In this document: one piece after another, positions 1 to 9,397 of the stretch
Position numbering within the stretch: position 1 is the first letter of the stretch
How the letters are laid out: each line of letters begins with the position of its first letter
Assembly (NCBI GenBank): GCA_963836075.1
Contig: CAWIIB010000009.1
Span: 2,304,001-2,368,000, forward strand
Length of the DNA: 64,000 nt
Reading direction: 5' to 3'
Source: an uncultured Acidobacteriota bacterium
GTDB lineage: Bacteria; Acidobacteriota; JAQAZP01
Position numbers and translations under genes: made by a program
Notes under the pieces: model-generated
Seen by the model: the letters and a program-made list of their open reading frames with translations, nothing else
Database searches by the model: none
What the model was told of the DNA's origin: nothing

Positions 1-2
1 AC

Positions 3-1070
3 TGTAACGGAGCCTCGGTGGACGACGGTTTCGACATCGTGCTCTTCGACCAGGACCGGATCTGGACCCACGACCTGTACCCCGGCGGCACCGACATCAA
101 GGGGCTGATGACCCACGAGTTCGGTCATGCGCTGGGCCTGGGCCACTCCGGCGACTACGAATCCACCATGTGGCCCTACCTCAAAGGCAACGGGATGGCC
201 AACCGTTTGCTGAACGGCGACGACGAACTCGGGTTGAAGGCGATTTACGGCTTCGGTTTCAGCGGGGCGGACCAGTGCTTCTTCCAGCCCGGAGTTTCGG
301 ACAACGACCTGTGCGACACCGCTCTCGAACTCTTCCCCGGCCAGGTGCTGGACGGTGACACCATCTGGGCGCTGGATGACTATGACCCGGGCGCCGGCGC
401 CTGCACCGCCGCGGCCCTGCCCGGGCCGGATGCGGTCTACCGTGTCAGCCTTGGCCAGAACGAACAGTTGTATGTGACCATCAGTCCGGTGACCTCCGGT
501 TTCAACCCGGCGCTCTACCTCTTTTCCGGGTGCGGCGTCGTTCCGCTGAACTGTCTCGCCGGTGCCGATAATGCAGGCAGCAACGGGAACGAGACGCTGG
601 GTTTCCTTTCCCCTGAAGCCGGCGACTACTACCTGGTGGTTGATTCGGCGGTGGCCGGAGGCATGGGCAGCAGCGGGCGGTTCGTGATCAGCGCCGAGGC
701 CAGTGTCGGCTCATCCGGTACCGTGCTCGCCTCCCTGCAGTGCAGCACCACGGCCAGCACACTTCCCTGCGGTGTGAATCTCGAGGTTCGAATCACCAAC
801 ACGACCGGTGAGACGCGGCGTGTTTCGGCCCGCCTGGATCTGGCCAGTGCCGGCGGCCAGGTCTACACCGGCATCCGCGGCGGTTCGGTGAACATCGGCG
901 CCGGCCTCGAATTCTCCCGGGACGTGGTCTTCAATCTTCCCGCCCTGGGAGGGCTTGACGGAACCAACAGTTTCCTGCTCCTCGCCCAGGACACCACCCC
1001 CGGCGATCCCAGCCCGCTGGCCGGTGACCAGTCGGAAGACACGTGCTCCGTGGTCACCACCCTCGACTAG
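3..1070 (+). CDS. Matrixin-family (M10-like metzincin) metalloprotease with accessory and C-terminal domains; 5'-truncated by window edge
   Basis: HEFGHALGLGHS zinc motif and Met-turn (STMWP); frame is open to the window start. Confidence 0.85.
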   Translation, partial: CNGASVDDGFDIVLFDQDRIWTHDLYPGGTDIKGLMTHEFGHALGLGHSGDYESTMWPYLKGNGMANRLLNGDDELGLKAIYGFGFSGADQCFFQPGVSDNDLCDTALELFPGQVLDGDTIWALDDYDPGAGACTAAALPGPDAVYRVSLGQNEQLYVTISPVTSGFNPALYLFSGCGVVPLNCLAGADNAGSNGNETLGFLSPEAGDYYLVVDSAVAGGMGSSGRFVISAEASVGSSGTVLASLQCSTTASTLPCGVNLEVRITNTTGETRRVSARLDLASAGGQVYTGIRGGSVNIGAGLEFSRDVVFNLPALGGLDGTNSFLLLAQDTTPGDPSPLAGDQSEDTCSVVTTLD

Positions 1071-1117
1071 CAGCGATCCCTCCACCTCGCCCAGGACCCT
1101 GTTGCGGCGCTGCGTAC

Positions 1118-1147
1118 AAAAAAACGCCCCTCCGATCGGAGGGGCGT
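1118..1147 (-). terminator. Intrinsic terminator of the 1188-2231 gene
   Basis: Hairpin ACGCCCCTCC-GATC-GGAGGGGCGT with an adjacent A7 run (U7 on minus), between convergent genes. Confidence 0.8.
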
Positions 1148-1187
1148 GAGAGGCGACCGGCTCCCGCAGGGGCCGGGTTACATTCGA

Positions 1188-2231
1188 TTATTCAGCCCAC
1201 GACTGCGGGCCGAACCCTGGCTGCACGGGGCCGCCATAGGAGAAGTCCGGGAGATCCTCGGTCATCAGGCTGTGCAGGTGATGGGCCATGCGCCTCATGA
1301 TCGGGTGTTCATTGAGGTTGCGGGACACATTGTAGAGATACTCAATGGTGATCCCGTTGACCCGGTCGGTGTTCAGGGCCGCCCGATAGGAGTAGACCCC
1401 CAGGTTGTTCTGGTTGACGATGGAGGCATCGCCGGTGGCCACCAGCAGGCTGCCGATCTTGCCCAGCAACTGGGCTCCGTACTCGGAGGCGTTGCCCACA
1501 AACCAGTTGCTGCCGCTGGCCGCCTGAGTGCTGTTGATCACGAATTCCACGGCGTTTTCAACCGAATTGTCCATCGCCAGGAGCCAGTCATTGGTGTTGA
1601 TCAGCCTTCTGGCATTGCCCTGGAAGATGTCGCTGTCCACAATGGCCAGCTCGCCAATCAGAACGTGCGCCTGGAAGCTGGCGCTGAGAATGGCCTCCTG
1701 GCCGCTGAAGGGGGTGCCGCCGTAGATGGCTGTGTACTCAACGGCGGAATCGCTCACCAGCTTGGGCATCACCGCCACCGTGGCGACGGCAGTGCCATAG
1801 TAGGGAGAATCCACACAGTAGAGCAGGGCATCGCACAGCAGCTCGTTGACCCAGCGTTCGTAGGTGTCACGGCTGTTGGGAATGAAGAACTGGTTGTCAC
1901 CGGTCTTTTCGGCCGTCTGGGAGGCACCCCAGGCCAGCAGTTGGCAATACTGGGTCATGCCCTGCAGGTGGTCGGCCATGATTTCAGTGTAGTCGTAGGA
2001 TTCCTTGGCATACGCCAGGTTGGTAAACTCAAACGCTTTCGGCATGGTGGTCTCGATCACGAAGTTCCGGCTCAACGCAGCAGGCGGCAATCCGTCCGCA
2101 TCCTGGACCACCTGGGCAATGGCGCTCTGGGCCAGGGGGCCCCACGCGATACTGTTGCCAGTGGAGAAGATGCTGAAGATTGCCACCGCGGTCAAAACCA
2201 CCAACCAATTCCATTTGCTCTTGTTTTTCAT
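1188..2231 (-). CDS. Secreted hypothetical protein, possibly degenerate Zn-phospholipase C / S1-P1-like
   Basis: Signal peptide ending SIA then WGPLAQ; strong RBS (AAGGAAGG); own terminator. Confidence 0.75.
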   Translation of the reverse strand: MKNKSKWNWLVVLTAVAIFSIFSTGNSIAWGPLAQSAIAQVVQDADGLPPAALSRNFVIETTMPKAFEFTNLAYAKESYDYTEIMADHLQGMTQYCQLLAWGASQTAEKTGDNQFFIPNSRDTYERWVNELLCDALLYCVDSPYYGTAVATVAVMPKLVSDSAVEYTAIYGGTPFSGQEAILSASFQAHVLIGELAIVDSDIFQGNARRLINTNDWLLAMDNSVENAVEFVINSTQAASGSNWFVGNASEYGAQLLGKIGSLLVATGDASIVNQNNLGVYSYRAALNTDRVNGITIEYLYNVSRNLNEHPIMRRMAHHLHSLMTEDLPDFSYGGPVQPGFGPQSWAE

Positions 2232-2831
2232 CGGGTACCTTCCTTCCTTTTTGAGTGCTTCGGGAGCCCCTTATTTCTCCCGAAATTCTTGTACCGCCTG
2301 TCAAGGTTCTCAGGTGCCCTTTTCGGTCTCTGCCTTAATCCAAAGCCTGAAAACTGATACTGCTGAATCCATTCCATGTTGATTTGTTGCGGATCAGTAT
2401 TCGTCTGCTGGTCTCTTCACCACCTCCTTCGCGCTGATCCCGTTCCAGAGTGAATCCATAGCTACCCATCGAATACATAGTCTCTCATCGGTTGTCAGTT
2501 AAGATACTTTAGATGGAAAGTGCAAAAAATGAATTTAAGGTCAACGCTGCGCGCGGAGGGCGGACAAGTTGTCCTTTACCAGGCCGGCGCCTGTAAAATG
2601 TTGAAAATGAATTGATAATAATTATTTAGCCAGGGTCGATTCAGCTCGAAGTGATTTGTTATCGACAGAAAATGGCACTTTTCTTCCACTTTATCTATAT
2701 AATATTTGAAAAATTTGATGTTTTGAACGGATTGTGACCGGCGGATGTCCCCTTCGAAGAAATGGCTGCTGTGCTAGAATACCGGGGCCTTGGAAACCAT
2801 CCCCCGCGCCAAGCGGTTGACCAGGGGTGAA

Positions 2832-4721
2832 ATGCTGAAAAGATTGAACATCGGTATCTTTCTGATCGTTTCCACCGCCCTGGTTCTGGTGGCCTCGCTC
2901 TTCATCTATCGCGAGTTCTCCGTGGCCGGAAACCTCGGATTTCCGCTGGACGATGCCTGGATCCACCTCAACTTCGCCAGAAACTTTTCCCGGGGCCTGG
3001 GTTTTTGCTTCAACCCCGGCGAGCCGGTGGCCGGAAGCACCGGGCCGCTCTGGACCGCGCTCCTCGGCCTTCACCTGTCCCTCTTTGGCTCGTCTCCCGG
3101 CTCAGTCAAACTGCTGGGGCTGCTCCTGCTCCTGGCTTCGGCCTTGCTGGCGGCACGGGTCGCCCGGCAGCTGGGCGCCGGACCGGCGGTCGCCGGAGCC
3201 GCGGCCATCCTGCTGGCGGTCACGCCGAGGATGCAGTGGGCAGCGCTCTCCGGAATGGAGCTGATGCCGGCGATCCTGCTCTCGCTGGGCGGATTCTCTC
3301 TCTATCTCCGCTGGCGGGCCGGCGGGCTCCCGTTCTGGTGTGCCGCGGCCGGGGTCCTCTTCGGCCTGGCCGGGTGGGCGCGGCCGGAAGCGCTGGTTCT
3401 GGCCGGGGGGCCGGGGATCGATCTCATCTGGTCCGGTATTGGCGGCAAGCGAAACGCCGGTCGCGCCGTGCTCCCGCCTTTTCTGCTGCTCTGCGCCGGT
3501 TTTGTCGCCGTGGCCGGCCCGCTGTTCCTGTTCAACTACTGGCTCACCGGCGGGCAATCGATGCTCCCCAGCACCTTCACCGCCAAGACCCTCGGCCTCT
3601 CCTTTTTCGACCGGGCCGCCGGCGGCTCCGTGGTGGGGCTGTTCGTGAGCTCCTTCCAAACCTTCTGGCCGGTGCTCAAATACATGCTGTTCCCCGACAA
3701 CCTGGTGCTCGTCCTGTTGCTGCCCTTTCTCTTCCTCCGCGGCGGCTCCGCCTCAGGTGCCGCGGCGCGGCCGCTCTGGCTCGCCCTGCTGCTGCTGCCC
3801 TTCCTCCGGGCGCTGCTCACCGGTGAAGTGGAAAATTTTCAGCAGTATGGCCGGTATCTGGCCGTGATTACGCCGCTATTCCTGATCCTCGGTGTGCTTG
3901 CTGTTCAGCGGGCGTTTCCGGACCGGGATGACCCCGCTGCTGTTGACCGGTCTCCGGGGGCGACCCTGGGCTCCCTGCTGGCCATCTCCGGGTGCGCCAG
4001 CGCAGCTCTGGGCATCTTCTACCTGCTGAAGCGATCTGTTTTCGGGATGGGACACCAGTGGCCTCAGGCCGGCAGCCAGTGGTATCTGCCGTTCCTCTCC
4101 CAGTCGCAGCCGCGGCATGTGGCCGTCTTTGCCCTGCTGGCGGTTGTTTCTGCCCTGGGCCTCTGGGTCTTCCGGCGGCGGTTGCGGTCCGGTCCGGGCA
4201 CAAAGATCCTGCTGGTGTTGATGCTGGCATTCTGGGTGAGCCTGGTGGAGGATTGGCAGGTGGCCACCGAGTATGCCTGGAACGTGCGCAACATCGAACA
4301 GACCCAGGTGAGGATCGGTCGCTGGCTGGCCGATGAGACGCCGGACGGCGCGGTGGTGGCCACCAACGACATCGGGGCCATCGGCTTCTTCAGCAACCGG
4401 CGGGTGATCGACATGGTGGGCCTGGTAACCCCGGGGATGCTGGAACGGCTCAGGAGGACCAGGGACCGCGAAGGGGCGGTGCTGGACTATTTCCGGCAGG
4501 ACCGGCCCGACTTCCTGGTGATCTTTGATGACTGGTACCCGGGGATCGCCCGCCGGTCTGACCTGCACGAGGAAGAGTTGCGGGTGTCCATTGAAAACAA
4601 TCTGACCTGCGGCAGCCCGGCCACCCGGGAGATGACCGTCTACCGCTGGACGGCCAGGCCGCCCTCACTCCCGCCGGTGCCAGCCCGGGGAACGCCCGGG
4701 CCGGTGTTGCCAGGGGGATAG
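2832..4721 (+). CDS. Polytopic membrane glycosyltransferase (GT-C-like)
   Basis: LDDAWIHLNFARN motif in first loop, many hydrophobic segments, RPE motif, C-terminal DIGAIGF..DMVGL domain; start placed at ATG 2832. Confidence 0.75.
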   Translation: MLKRLNIGIFLIVSTALVLVASLFIYREFSVAGNLGFPLDDAWIHLNFARNFSRGLGFCFNPGEPVAGSTGPLWTALLGLHLSLFGSSPGSVKLLGLLLLLASALLAARVARQLGAGPAVAGAAAILLAVTPRMQWAALSGMELMPAILLSLGGFSLYLRWRAGGLPFWCAAAGVLFGLAGWARPEALVLAGGPGIDLIWSGIGGKRNAGRAVLPPFLLLCAGFVAVAGPLFLFNYWLTGGQSMLPSTFTAKTLGLSFFDRAAGGSVVGLFVSSFQTFWPVLKYMLFPDNLVLVLLLPFLFLRGGSASGAAARPLWLALLLLPFLRALLTGEVENFQQYGRYLAVITPLFLILGVLAVQRAFPDRDDPAAVDRSPGATLGSLLAISGCASAALGIFYLLKRSVFGMGHQWPQAGSQWYLPFLSQSQPRHVAVFALLAVVSALGLWVFRRRLRSGPGTKILLVLMLAFWVSLVEDWQVATEYAWNVRNIEQTQVRIGRWLADETPDGAVVATNDIGAIGFFSNRRVIDMVGLVTPGMLERLRRTRDREGAVLDYFRQDRPDFLVIFDDWYPGIARRSDLHEEELRVSIENNLTCGSPATREMTVYRWTARPPSLPPVPARGTPGPVLPGG

Positions 4722-4813
4722 GGAATCGGTAGAATTGCAACTGCGTGCGCCCTGAGCGGTTACGGGGACCCGCCGGCACAGCGGTTCACCACATCACCAC
4801 CGGAAAACGTGTG

Positions 4814-4824
4814 CCCCCCCCCCC
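4814..4824. repeat. C11 homopolymer in the intergenic/promoter region
   Basis: 11 consecutive C directly upstream of the 4846 gene. Confidence 0.9.
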
Positions 4825-4845
4825 AAGGGGTGGGATCGTTACTTC

Positions 4846-7419
4846 ATGGCAGGAGACGAGGAGAAGATGGAAGAACAAGAGCGACTCACAGCAGCCCACA
4901 TCGGTTCCCCCGACCAAACCCCTGTGCCGGAACCCGTGGAGGAGCCGGTGATCGACAAACCGGTCTGGCCGGTCTCCGGCGGTGGAGTGTGGCGCTATCT
5001 GCTTCTCGGGCTGCTGGTGCTGCTCCTCCTCGGCTTCACGGTGAGCAAGGTGGTCAGTTTTGATGTCTGGTGGCACCTGGAAGCCGGGAAATATTTTCTC
5101 GGCGGCGGCCCGCTGTCCGGTGAAGATCCCTTCTCCTTCACCGCCCAGGGCGAGGGCCACCGCTGGATCGAGGGGCACTGGCTTTTCCAGATCATGCTGG
5201 CGCTGCTCTACAAGGTGGGGGGGATCAATCTGCTGATCCTGTTCAAGGCGGCGCTGATCTGTTCCGCGTTCTTCCTGGTCTACCGCTTCGCCGAAGGCCG
5301 GAGATCCCCGATCCTGGCCCCCTTTGTCTTCGGCCTGGCGGTATTGGCCGTGGCCGAGCGGTTCATTGTCCGCCCGGAGACCGCGTCCTACCTGTTCATC
5401 GCCGCGTTTATCCTGATTCTCGAGGCCTATCGCCGCAGACCGAGGCCGTCCCTGCTGGTCTGGCTGGTTCTGCTCCAGGTGGTCTGGGTCAATGTCCAGG
5501 GGCTCTTCGCCCTGGGACTGGTGCTGATCGGCTGTTATCTCGTCGGCGAGCTGATCCGCTGGCGGGTCAACCTGCCCTACCGCTGGGACGCCCGCAACCC
5601 GCTCAAGGACCGGGATTTTCTCATGCTGCTGGGAGCAGGGGCGGTCTGCCTGCTGGTCTGCCTGCTCAACCCCTCCGGCATTCACGGCGCTCTCTTTCCG
5701 TTGGAACAGTTCCAGATGATCCAGGGCGACGAGAATATCTTCCGCCAGACGATTCTCGAGTTTGACCGGCCCTTCTCCGACCGGTTCCCCGCGGGGAACC
5801 TGGCCACCAGGGCCCTGGTGGCCCTGCTGGCCGTCTCGCTGCTCTCCTTCCTGCTCACCTTCAAGCGCTGGGACCTGACCCGGGTTCTGCTCTTTGGGCT
5901 CTTCCTTTTCCTCGGGCTGTCCGCCCGCCGGAACATCGCCATATTCGCCCTGGTGGCCGCGCCGCTCACCGTGATCAACTTCCGCCAGTGGGCTTCGGGG
6001 CTGCCCGCGGGCTCGAAACTGCGCCTCTTTGGCCTGCGGATGCTGAACTGGCGCCCGGTGGCGGCCGGACTGGTGGCGCTGTTTCTCTGCTTCGGACTCT
6101 GGCTGGCGGTTTCGGACCAGTTCTTCATCAAGACGGTGGGCTCCACAAAGTTCGGTATGGGCATGAACAGCGATGCCTACCCGGTGGCCGCGGCCGACCT
6201 GATCGTCCAGCGGGACCTTCAGGGGCCGCTGTACAACGAGCTCAGCTTCGGCGGCTACCTGATCCACCGTCTGTACCCCCAGCGGAAGATCTTCATCGAC
6301 GGGCGGAACGAACTCTACGGCAAGGAGTTCTACACCCGCTATATCGAAACCCTGGTCAGCCCCGAGCAGTGGTACGACCTGGCCCGCGACTACGACCTGC
6401 AGCTGGCGCTGCTCAACGTCCGGTCGCCGATCAACGACCGGCTGATCCAGACGCTCTACATGGACCCGGAATGGGCGCTGATCCAGCACGACGGGACCTC
6501 GGCGCTCTTTGCCCGCAAGGGCGGGGCCAACGATGCCGTCATCGCCGCCCTGGACACCGATCTCTCCACTCTCGATGCTCCCCCGCCCGGGGCCATACCG
6601 CCGGTGGAGCCGCGGCGCAGTATCGGCGGCGGCCTCTATCCGGCAGCCGAGATCTTTCTCGGGCTCTTCTATCTCAAGCTGGGGGCCCCGGCTCTGGCCC
6701 GGCCGGTGCTGGAGCAGGCGGTGGAGCTGGGCAGCGACCTGGTGAGCACCAGGCTCTACCTCGGCGAGATCTACGCCCAGTCCGGAGAGATGGAGCTGGC
6801 CCTGGAGCAGTTCCAGACGATGATCAAGCTGGAACCCGGGATGGCGGTGGCCTACGAGCGGATGGCCAGTGTGCTGCACAACACCGGGCAGGTGGAGCAG
6901 GCGCTTCAGCAGTACAAGCGGGCACTGGAGCGGGGTTTGGACAACGATCTCCTGCGGACCAACATGGGCGACTGCTACCTGCAGATGAACCTCCCCGAGG
7001 AGGCGCTGGTGGAGTTCCAGCGGGCGGTGGAGATGAACCCCGGCAATCCCGACATGCGCTACAACGTCGCCTTCGCCCACCAGGTGCTCATCGAACCGGC
7101 GATGGCCGCCGGCAACGAACCGGAAGCCCAGCGGCGGCTGGACCTCTGTCTGGAGGAATACCTGCGGGTTCTGGAGATCGATCCCCAGCACTTCCGGACA
7201 CTGTTCAACCTCGGTCTGATCTATTCCGGCGGCGGGCAGCTGGCCGAGGCGCGACAGTGCTTCCTCTCCTTCCTCGCCATCCCCGGGGTGGACGAGAGCT
7301 ACCGGGCCCAGGCTCAGCAGTATCTGGACCAGGTGGAGAGCCAGCTGGGACAAAGCCCCATGGACGGACCGCTGGCCGGTGCGCCGGTGGCTGGTCCACT
7401 GGCCGGGGGTGTGCAGTAG
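4846..7419 (+). CDS. Membrane protein (GT-C-like N-terminus) with C-terminal TPR repeats
   Basis: DVWWHL..G motif, RPE, W.N..G.F and FIDGR motifs, TM segments, then TPR-like helices; start may be 4867. Confidence 0.8.
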   Translation: MAGDEEKMEEQERLTAAHIGSPDQTPVPEPVEEPVIDKPVWPVSGGGVWRYLLLGLLVLLLLGFTVSKVVSFDVWWHLEAGKYFLGGGPLSGEDPFSFTAQGEGHRWIEGHWLFQIMLALLYKVGGINLLILFKAALICSAFFLVYRFAEGRRSPILAPFVFGLAVLAVAERFIVRPETASYLFIAAFILILEAYRRRPRPSLLVWLVLLQVVWVNVQGLFALGLVLIGCYLVGELIRWRVNLPYRWDARNPLKDRDFLMLLGAGAVCLLVCLLNPSGIHGALFPLEQFQMIQGDENIFRQTILEFDRPFSDRFPAGNLATRALVALLAVSLLSFLLTFKRWDLTRVLLFGLFLFLGLSARRNIAIFALVAAPLTVINFRQWASGLPAGSKLRLFGLRMLNWRPVAAGLVALFLCFGLWLAVSDQFFIKTVGSTKFGMGMNSDAYPVAAADLIVQRDLQGPLYNELSFGGYLIHRLYPQRKIFIDGRNELYGKEFYTRYIETLVSPEQWYDLARDYDLQLALLNVRSPINDRLIQTLYMDPEWALIQHDGTSALFARKGGANDAVIAALDTDLSTLDAPPPGAIPPVEPRRSIGGGLYPAAEIFLGLFYLKLGAPALARPVLEQAVELGSDLVSTRLYLGEIYAQSGEMELALEQFQTMIKLEPGMAVAYERMASVLHNTGQVEQALQQYKRALERGLDNDLLRTNMGDCYLQMNLPEEALVEFQRAVEMNPGNPDMRYNVAFAHQVLIEPAMAAGNEPEAQRRLDLCLEEYLRVLEIDPQHFRTLFNLGLIYSGGGQLAEARQCFLSFLAIPGVDESYRAQAQQYLDQVESQLGQSPMDGPLAGAPVAGPLAGGVQ

Positions 7420-7466
7420 TCACGGCGGTCAGGCAGCTACACCCTGGGGAGGGGCAGTGTGGATCT

Positions 7467-8249
7467 TTAGAAGGGATAGATATTGTCCACGTTGGTCAGA
7501 TCCTTGTAGTAGATCCAGAAATCGGTAGTCAGCACCAGAGCCAGGGTCTTGTACAGATACTGCTGCAGCCAGATCCGGATCTTCGAGATGTTCTTCATCG
7601 GCACCACCACCAGGTCACCCGGCTGGAGGTAATACACTCCCACCCCGCTGATCAGTGCTTCCTTGTCGGTGAGATCCAGTTCAAGAAACTCGGTTTCGGT
7701 GGGGTTCTTCTTGCGCATGAGCACCACCCGGCTCAACGTTCCATTGGCTGTGATGCCGCCGGCCCGGACCACGGCCTGCCGCACGGTGACCGGCTGACGC
7801 AGTGAGATGACCCCCCCCCGGGCCACCTCACCGCCCACAAAGGCCCGGGCGGCCACCGAGTGGCGGAGGATCACGTTGATTCTCGGTTGGCGGAAGACCA
7901 CCGAGTATTTCTCCCGCAGCACCAACGACAGTTCGTCCAGCCGCAGGCCCGCCGCCCGTACGTCGTCAACCAGGGGAAGGGAGATCATTCCGTCGGTGCG
8001 CACGGTGACCATCGCCCGGTGGACATCGGTGCGAATGGCATAGACCACTTCCAGGAAGTCACCGGAGCAGATACGGTAGGGCTGGGGCATCACCAACCGC
8101 ACGTCATCCGGTGCGGCAAGATCCTGGGCCATGGCCGGCACGGGGGCAAAAAGGACGAGCAGCAGGATGAGCAGACCGAACCTGACTCGGAACAGTCCGC
8201 GAGGTTTGGAACCGGCTGGCCGTGTGACGCCGGGCCGAAATCTGTCCAC
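7467..8249 (-). CDS. Polysaccharide biosynthesis/export family protein (Wza-like, SLBB domain)
   Basis: YRI.SGD.L.V, VRTDG.ISLPLV.DV.AAG, VGGEV, LQPGDLVVVP motifs. Confidence 0.85.
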   Translation of the reverse strand: MDRFRPGVTRPAGSKPRGLFRVRFGLLILLLVLFAPVPAMAQDLAAPDDVRLVMPQPYRICSGDFLEVVYAIRTDVHRAMVTVRTDGMISLPLVDDVRAAGLRLDELSLVLREKYSVVFRQPRINVILRHSVAARAFVGGEVARGGVISLRQPVTVRQAVVRAGGITANGTLSRVVLMRKKNPTETEFLELDLTDKEALISGVGVYYLQPGDLVVVPMKNISKIRIWLQQYLYKTLALVLTTDFWIYYKDLTNVDNIYPF

Positions 8250-8455
8250 CGTGCATTCTCCTGGGTCGACGACGAAACGACAGCTGTCACATTCCCATCG
8301 TCATATTCTAGCAGACTGTTGAGCGTGACGAAACAGATCTTTCCCCGAAGACTGGAGATGGTAATATGTGCCATCCGGGTACCCGCTCCCCGCTGCGTTG
8401 GGGGGGATTGATTATTTCTGCCGCTGAACCGTGAACGCCAGAGGAGGAATGAACA

Positions 8456-9397
8456 ATGGGCAAGCTGGCCTTTCTCTTTCCGGGCCAGGGATCGCAATAC
8501 GTGGGCATGGGCCAGGAACTGTATGACCGGTATGACTATGCCCGGGACATCTTCCAGCGGACCGACGAACTGTCCGGCCGCCCGGTGTCCGGCATCTGTT
8601 TTGAAGGGCCGGAGGAGCAGCTGACCCTTACCGTGAACCAGCAACCGGCGGTCACTGCGGTCAACCTCTGCTGCCTCGAGTTCCTGCGGCGCGAAGGTAT
8701 TGAACCTGACTTTGCCTGCGGGCACAGCCTGGGCGAGTTTTCCGCGCTGCACAGCGCCGGTGTTCTGGGGCGGGATGACACCATCAGCCTGGTGGCCCTG
8801 CGGGCCCGCCTGATGCACCGCGAGGCCGAAGCCAACCCCGGGGCGATGAGCGCGGTGATCGGTCTCCATGTCCCCACGGTGGCCGAGATTCTCGAGGGAC
8901 TGCCCGGCGCGGGACGGGTCGGCATCGCCAACCACAACTCGGCCGAGCAGATCGTCATCTCCGGTGACGCGCCGGCAGTGGCCGCGGCCGGCGAGGCCTG
9001 TGCCGCCCGGGAGGCCAAGGTGGTGCCCCTGCCGGTGAGCGGTGCCTGGCACAGCGAACTGATGCGCGGGGCCGTGGACGATTTCGCCGGGGCGGTGAAC
9101 GGCGCCGAGGTGCAGGCGCCGGCCTGCACGGTGGTCTTCAACGTCACCGCCGGCCCGGAGTCCGATCCGGCCGCCATCCGCGAATTGATGGTGCGGCAGC
9201 TGGTGAGCCCGGTTCGCTGGTTCGACACCATGCACCACCTGATCGGGCAGGGGGTGGACACCTTTGTGGAGGTGGGCCCGAAGAGCGTGCTCAAGGGGCT
9301 GCTGCGGCGGATCCATCCCGATCGCAAGGCAGCCACCATGGCCAACGTGGAGAGCGTGAAGAGCCTCTCCGCCTTTGTGGAGCAATGGAAATCCTGA
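8456..9397 (+). CDS. fabD: Malonyl-CoA-ACP transacylase
   Basis: FLFPGQGSQ, GHSLGE, VSGAWHS, PVRW, EVGP motifs; RBS GGAGG. Confidence 0.95.
   Translation: MGKLAFLFPGQGSQYVGMGQELYDRYDYARDIFQRTDELSGRPVSGICFEGPEEQLTLTVNQQPAVTAVNLCCLEFLRREGIEPDFACGHSLGEFSALHSAGVLGRDDTISLVALRARLMHREAEANPGAMSAVIGLHVPTVAEILEGLPGAGRVGIANHNSAEQIVISGDAPAVAAAGEACAAREAKVVPLPVSGAWHSELMRGAVDDFAGAVNGAEVQAPACTVVFNVTAGPESDPAAIRELMVRQLVSPVRWFDTMHHLIGQGVDTFVEVGPKSVLKGLLRRIHPDRKAATMANVESVKSLSAFVEQWKS

Noticed and set aside
2245-2335. Glycine- or c-di-GMP-riboswitch-like fragments in the leader of the 1188-2231 gene
   Set aside because: Only short partial matches; conserved aptamer cores are absent
2361-2688. Two weak sigma-54-like sites (minus TGGAATGGATTCAGCA at 2361-2376; plus TGGCACTTTTCTTCCA at 2673-2688)
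   Set aside because: Each deviates at the -12 TTGC box; not supportable alone
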